From Pseudomonadota bacterium (GTDB lineage Bacteria; Desulfobacterota; Desulfovibrionia; Desulfovibrionales; Desulfovibrionaceae), in the NCBI GenBank assembly GCA_023460395.1, contig JAEWQB010000002.1, positions 11,517-43,516 of the forward strand: a stretch of DNA of 32,000 bases. Reading direction: 5' to 3'. Position numbers and translations under genes: made by a program. Shown piece after piece: positions 29,375 through 32,000 of the stretch. Position 1 is the first letter of the stretch. Every line of letters starts with the position of its first letter. Under the pieces are notes generated by a model. It had not been told where the DNA came from, did no database searches, and worked only from the letters and a program-made list of their open reading frames with translations.

Positions 29375-30394
29375 CTACCTCACCGTGAATGGAGGGTATG
29401 CATCTAAATCACCCCGCAGATGTCGCGCCAGCAATCGCGCCTGCATGTGCCACAGTAGTCCTACTGTCATACGTTCCTGAAGAAATGGGTGTTCGACCTC
29501 TTCTTTTTTGCGCTCTTGCCATGCTAGGATAACAGCTTTCCGTGTGGCATCATCCATAAGCACGGCACCATTTTCGGCTGTAGTGAATCCTTTTTCCGGG
29601 ACTTGTCCCCGGTTAATAAGGGTCAATGCCATTCTGTCTGCCATATATGGCCGGAACTCCTCCATTACATCCAACGCCAAGCTGGGTCGACCCGGACGAT
29701 CCCGATGTAGAAAACCCACGGCGGGATCAAGCCCCGCACTTTCTAACGCGCTGCGGACATCATGCATGAGGAGTGTATACAAGAAAGAAAGTAAACAATT
29801 TACCGGGTCCAGAGGCGGGCGTCGGTTGCGCCCCACAAAGGCGAACCCTGTGCGATCTGGGCTAATCATTTGGCTGAAAACGCCGAAGTAGGTACTGGCG
29901 GCCTCGCCTTCCACTCCGCGAATTCCATCTAGCGGGAGAGTTTCGCGCAGGTTGCCCAAGCTTAGTGTTAGCCTGTCCGCAGCCGCAGCTAGGGACTCGT
30001 TGCTCTTGTCGCGGGCTGAACGGCGTAACACCGTTCGACAATTGGCGATTTTTCCAGCTACCATGGCCCGTGCGATGGCGGCGCTGGATTCCGGGTTGTC
30101 GGCGCGGCGGTACTGCTCTCTGCGAAGCAGAACATTGCCGGAAACAGGACCGCGCACGGAAGCAAGAAAGCGTCCGGTTTCGGTCAAAAAAGAAACCGCC
30201 ACATCGTGTTCCGCGCAATGCCCTAGTAGAAAAGGGCTGCAACTCACTTGCCCGAAGCACACCACACTGCCTACAGTATGAATGGGAATTTTGGCAGCCA
30301 CCGCGCCATCTATATGTACGGCCACGCATTCTCCTTCTTTAGAGAGATAGCTGCCTTGTGTGGTGACAAATAACGTATTCTGATGACGTTTCAC
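29375..30394 (-). CDS. cas1: CRISPR-associated integrase Cas1 (I-C type)
   Basis: MKRHQNTLFVTTQGSYLSKEGECVAVHIDG...HTVGSVVCFGQVSCSPFLLGHCAEHDVAVSFLTETGRFLA...RGVEGEAASTYFGVFS...RRPPLDPVNCLLSFLYTLLMHDVRSALESAGLDPAVGFLHRDRPGRPSLALDVMEEFRP. Confidence 0.97.
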   Translation of the reverse strand: MKRHQNTLFVTTQGSYLSKEGECVAVHIDGAVAAKIPIHTVGSVVCFGQVSCSPFLLGHCAEHDVAVSFLTETGRFLASVRGPVSGNVLLRREQYRRADNPESSAAIARAMVAGKIANCRTVLRRSARDKSNESLAAAADRLTLSLGNLRETLPLDGIRGVEGEAASTYFGVFSQMISPDRTGFAFVGRNRRPPLDPVNCLLSFLYTLLMHDVRSALESAGLDPAVGFLHRDRPGRPSLALDVMEEFRPYMADRMALTLINRGQVPEKGFTTAENGAVLMDDATRKAVILAWQERKKEEVEHPFLQERMTVGLLWHMQARLLARHLRGDLDAYPPFTVR

Positions 30395-30412
30395 GGCAAC
30401 CTCACGAACGTA

Positions 30413-30889
30413 TTAGGAAGAATGAATAAGCTGGCTAAGGTACCGCGAGGCCTCTTTGCCTTGCCATAGACGGGGCATACACACATCCAGCAGAGAACAG
30501 GCCCGGCAGCGTTCGTCTGTTGCCGGTTCCGGCAGAGTGGCGGTGGCACAGAGGAGTGCGTGGACCGCAGTAATTGTACTGATGGTGCGGTGGCGTAGTG
30601 ATTCGTCCAGAGGCACCTCAAGCCGCCGCTTGCGTTGACCGTAAAAGAGCGCACCTTCCGGCACTGGGCGGTGCAGCATTTCTTCCAGGCAGAGTGCCAG
30701 TGCACAGAGCTGCACCACGTCGGGGTTGTTGGGTTTCGGTTTACCGCGTTTGTATTCCACAGGGTAGGGGAGTTCTCCTGTCTCTGTGCGGCGGAATTCC
30801 ACCACATCGGCAATACCAACTATTCCATATTGAAACGAGCGTAATGGAAGAGAACGCGCGATGCGGACACCGCGCCGTGATTCGGTAAT
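30413..30889 (-). pseudogene. cas4: CRISPR-associated Cas4, 5'-truncated at an IS3-family insertion
   Basis: Homologous part runs ESRRGVRIARSLPLRSFQYGIVGIADVVEFRRTETGELPYPVEYKRGKPKPNNPDVVQLCALALCLEEMLHRPVPEGALFYGQRKRRLEVPLD...DERCRACSLLDVCMP. Upstream residues in the track ORF (to 31117) are antisense IS sequence; the normal N-terminus including the first Cys is absent. Confidence 0.88.
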
Positions 30890-30939
30890 CCCCCCTAAAA
30901 AAGATGCTTTTGAAAAGTAGAATTTTCTCGTAACCCCCG

Positions 30940-31221
30940 ATGAGGAGATTCTGCATGAAGAAATCGCGCTACACCGACAGTCAGATCCTGAACATCTTGA
31001 GGCAAGCCGAGAACGGCGTCCTAGTTCCCGAACTCTGTCGTGAACATGGCACGAGCAGCGCAACGTTTTACAAATGGCGCGCCAAGTTTGGCGGTATGGA
31101 CGCGTCGCTGATGGCACGAATGAAAGATCTTGAACGTGAAAACAAGCTTCTCAAACGGATGTATGCCGAAGAAAAGATGAAGGCCGAGATCGTTGCAGAG
31201 GCGCTGACAAAAAACTGGTAA
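30940..31221 (+). CDS. IS3-family transposase OrfA (HTH)
   Basis: Track frame starts at 30940; likely start is ATG 30955 or nearby ([88 protein letters not shown]). Confidence 0.93.
   Translation: MRRFCMKKSRYTDSQILNILRQAENGVLVPELCREHGTSSATFYKWRAKFGGMDASLMARMKDLERENKLLKRMYAEEKMKAEIVAEALTKNW
31209..31215 (+). promoter_or_regulatory. Programmed -1 ribosomal frameshift heptamer A AAA AAC
   Basis: orfA frame reads ACA AAA AAC TGG TAA; a -1 slip yields AAA AAA CTG GTA AGG CCA..., continuing into orfB without stops. Confidence 0.8.
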
Positions 31222-31241
31222 GGCCATCTCGCCGCCGCGAG

Positions 31242-32000
31242 ATGGCCCAAAAAGCCGTTAAGGATAAGCAGTTGAGCATCCGGCAGGCCTGTGAAGCGTT
31301 CAGCATCAGCCAGGCATGCTATCGGTACGAACCGAAGCTTTCAGCAGAGAACGAACTGATCGCTGACAGCCTTATTCGTTTGACACAAAACCAGCGGAAC
31401 TGGGGTTTCGGTCTGTGTTTTCTGCATTTACGCAACGTGAAGGGATACCGATGGAACCACAAGCGCGTGTACCGAATATACTGCGAGTTGGAACTCAACA
31501 TGCGCATCAAGCCCAAAAAGCGCATTGTCCGAGAAAAGCCGGAACCGCTTTCACAGCCCCAGCGGGTCAATCAGTCGTGGTCGATGGATTTCATGCACGA
31601 TCAGTTACAAGATGGACGTAGCTTCAGGCTGTTTAATGTGATCGATGACTTCAACCGTGAGGGGCTGACCATAGAAGCGGACTTCTCCCTGCCCGCTGAG
31701 CGTGTAATCCGAAGCCTCGAACAGGTCATTGAATGGCGGGGAAAGCCGGAGTCGATCCGTTGTGACAACGGGCCGGAGTACATCAGCAACAAACTGCTAC
31801 TATGGGCTACCAGTCAAGGAATACGCATTGAACATATTCAGGCAGGGCAACCCCAGCAAAACGCTTACGTGGAGTGGTACAATCGGACCGTCCGTTACGA
31901 TTGGCTTGGGCAGTTTCTGTTCTCAAGCATTGAAGAGGTGCAGGACCATGCGACCAACTGGCTGTGGACCTACAACAATGAACGACCTAATATGGGTATC
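31242..32000 (+). CDS. IS3-family transposase OrfB (rve integrase, DDE), open to right window edge
   Basis: Manual translation from ATG 31242: [32 protein letters not shown]...[77 protein letters not shown]...[29 protein letters not shown]...[11 protein letters not shown]. No stop in window, so probably omitted from the track. Confidence 0.93.
   Translation, partial: MAQKAVKDKQLSIRQACEAFSISQACYRYEPKLSAENELIADSLIRLTQNQRNWGFGLCFLHLRNVKGYRWNHKRVYRIYCELELNMRIKPKKRIVREKPEPLSQPQRVNQSWSMDFMHDQLQDGRSFRLFNVIDDFNREGLTIEADFSLPAERVIRSLEQVIEWRGKPESIRCDNGPEYISNKLLLWATSQGIRIEHIQAGQPQQNAYVEWYNRTVRYDWLGQFLFSSIEEVQDHATNWLWTYNNERPNMGI

Larger units (their letters stand above)
30886..32000 (+). mobile_element. 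IS3-family (IS407-like group) insertion sequence, left end present, right end outside window
   Basis: Begins at the cas4 junction with ...TAATCCCCCCTAAAAAAAGATG; encodes orfA and orfB transposase in the -1 relative frame. Exact left boundary uncertain by a few bases. Confidence 0.88.

Overview
The sequence resembles a Desulfovibrio-type (Desulfobacterota) chromosome segment; this lineage call is an inference from gene content and protein style. On the left, a minus-strand nitrogenase operon (nifH-nifI1-nifI2-nifD-nifK, with nifK running off the left edge) sits behind a textbook sigma-54 -24/-12 promoter, with a divergent homocitrate synthase (nifV). The middle holds housekeeping and envelope genes: a LysR regulator, aldo/keto reductase, YgiW-like OB-fold protein, TrmO, epimerase, proC, ndk, divergent polysaccharide deacetylase, a CtpA-type S41 protease, EnvC-like M23 protein, EndoIII-like protein and hrpB. 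It also holds a periplasmic solute-binding protein, a universal stress protein with a Cys-rich tail, fhs, folD, an overlapping MATE/DtxR-like pair and a DUF2254 membrane protein. On the right there is a CRISPR array (12 identical 32-nt repeats of the subtype I-C kind plus one decayed trailer-end repeat, 12 spacers of 31-36 nt) with minus-strand cas2, cas1 and cas4. The cas4 gene is missing its 5' part because an IS3-family element (orfA/orfB with an A AAA AAC -1 frameshift site, orfB open to the window edge) abuts it. No clearly new defence system can be demonstrated from sequence alone. The items most worth a second look are the nested repeat architecture in the CRISPR leader, the IS/cas4 junction, the nifH promoter/leader structure, a 20-bp perfect hairpin after folD, and the DtxR/MATE pair.
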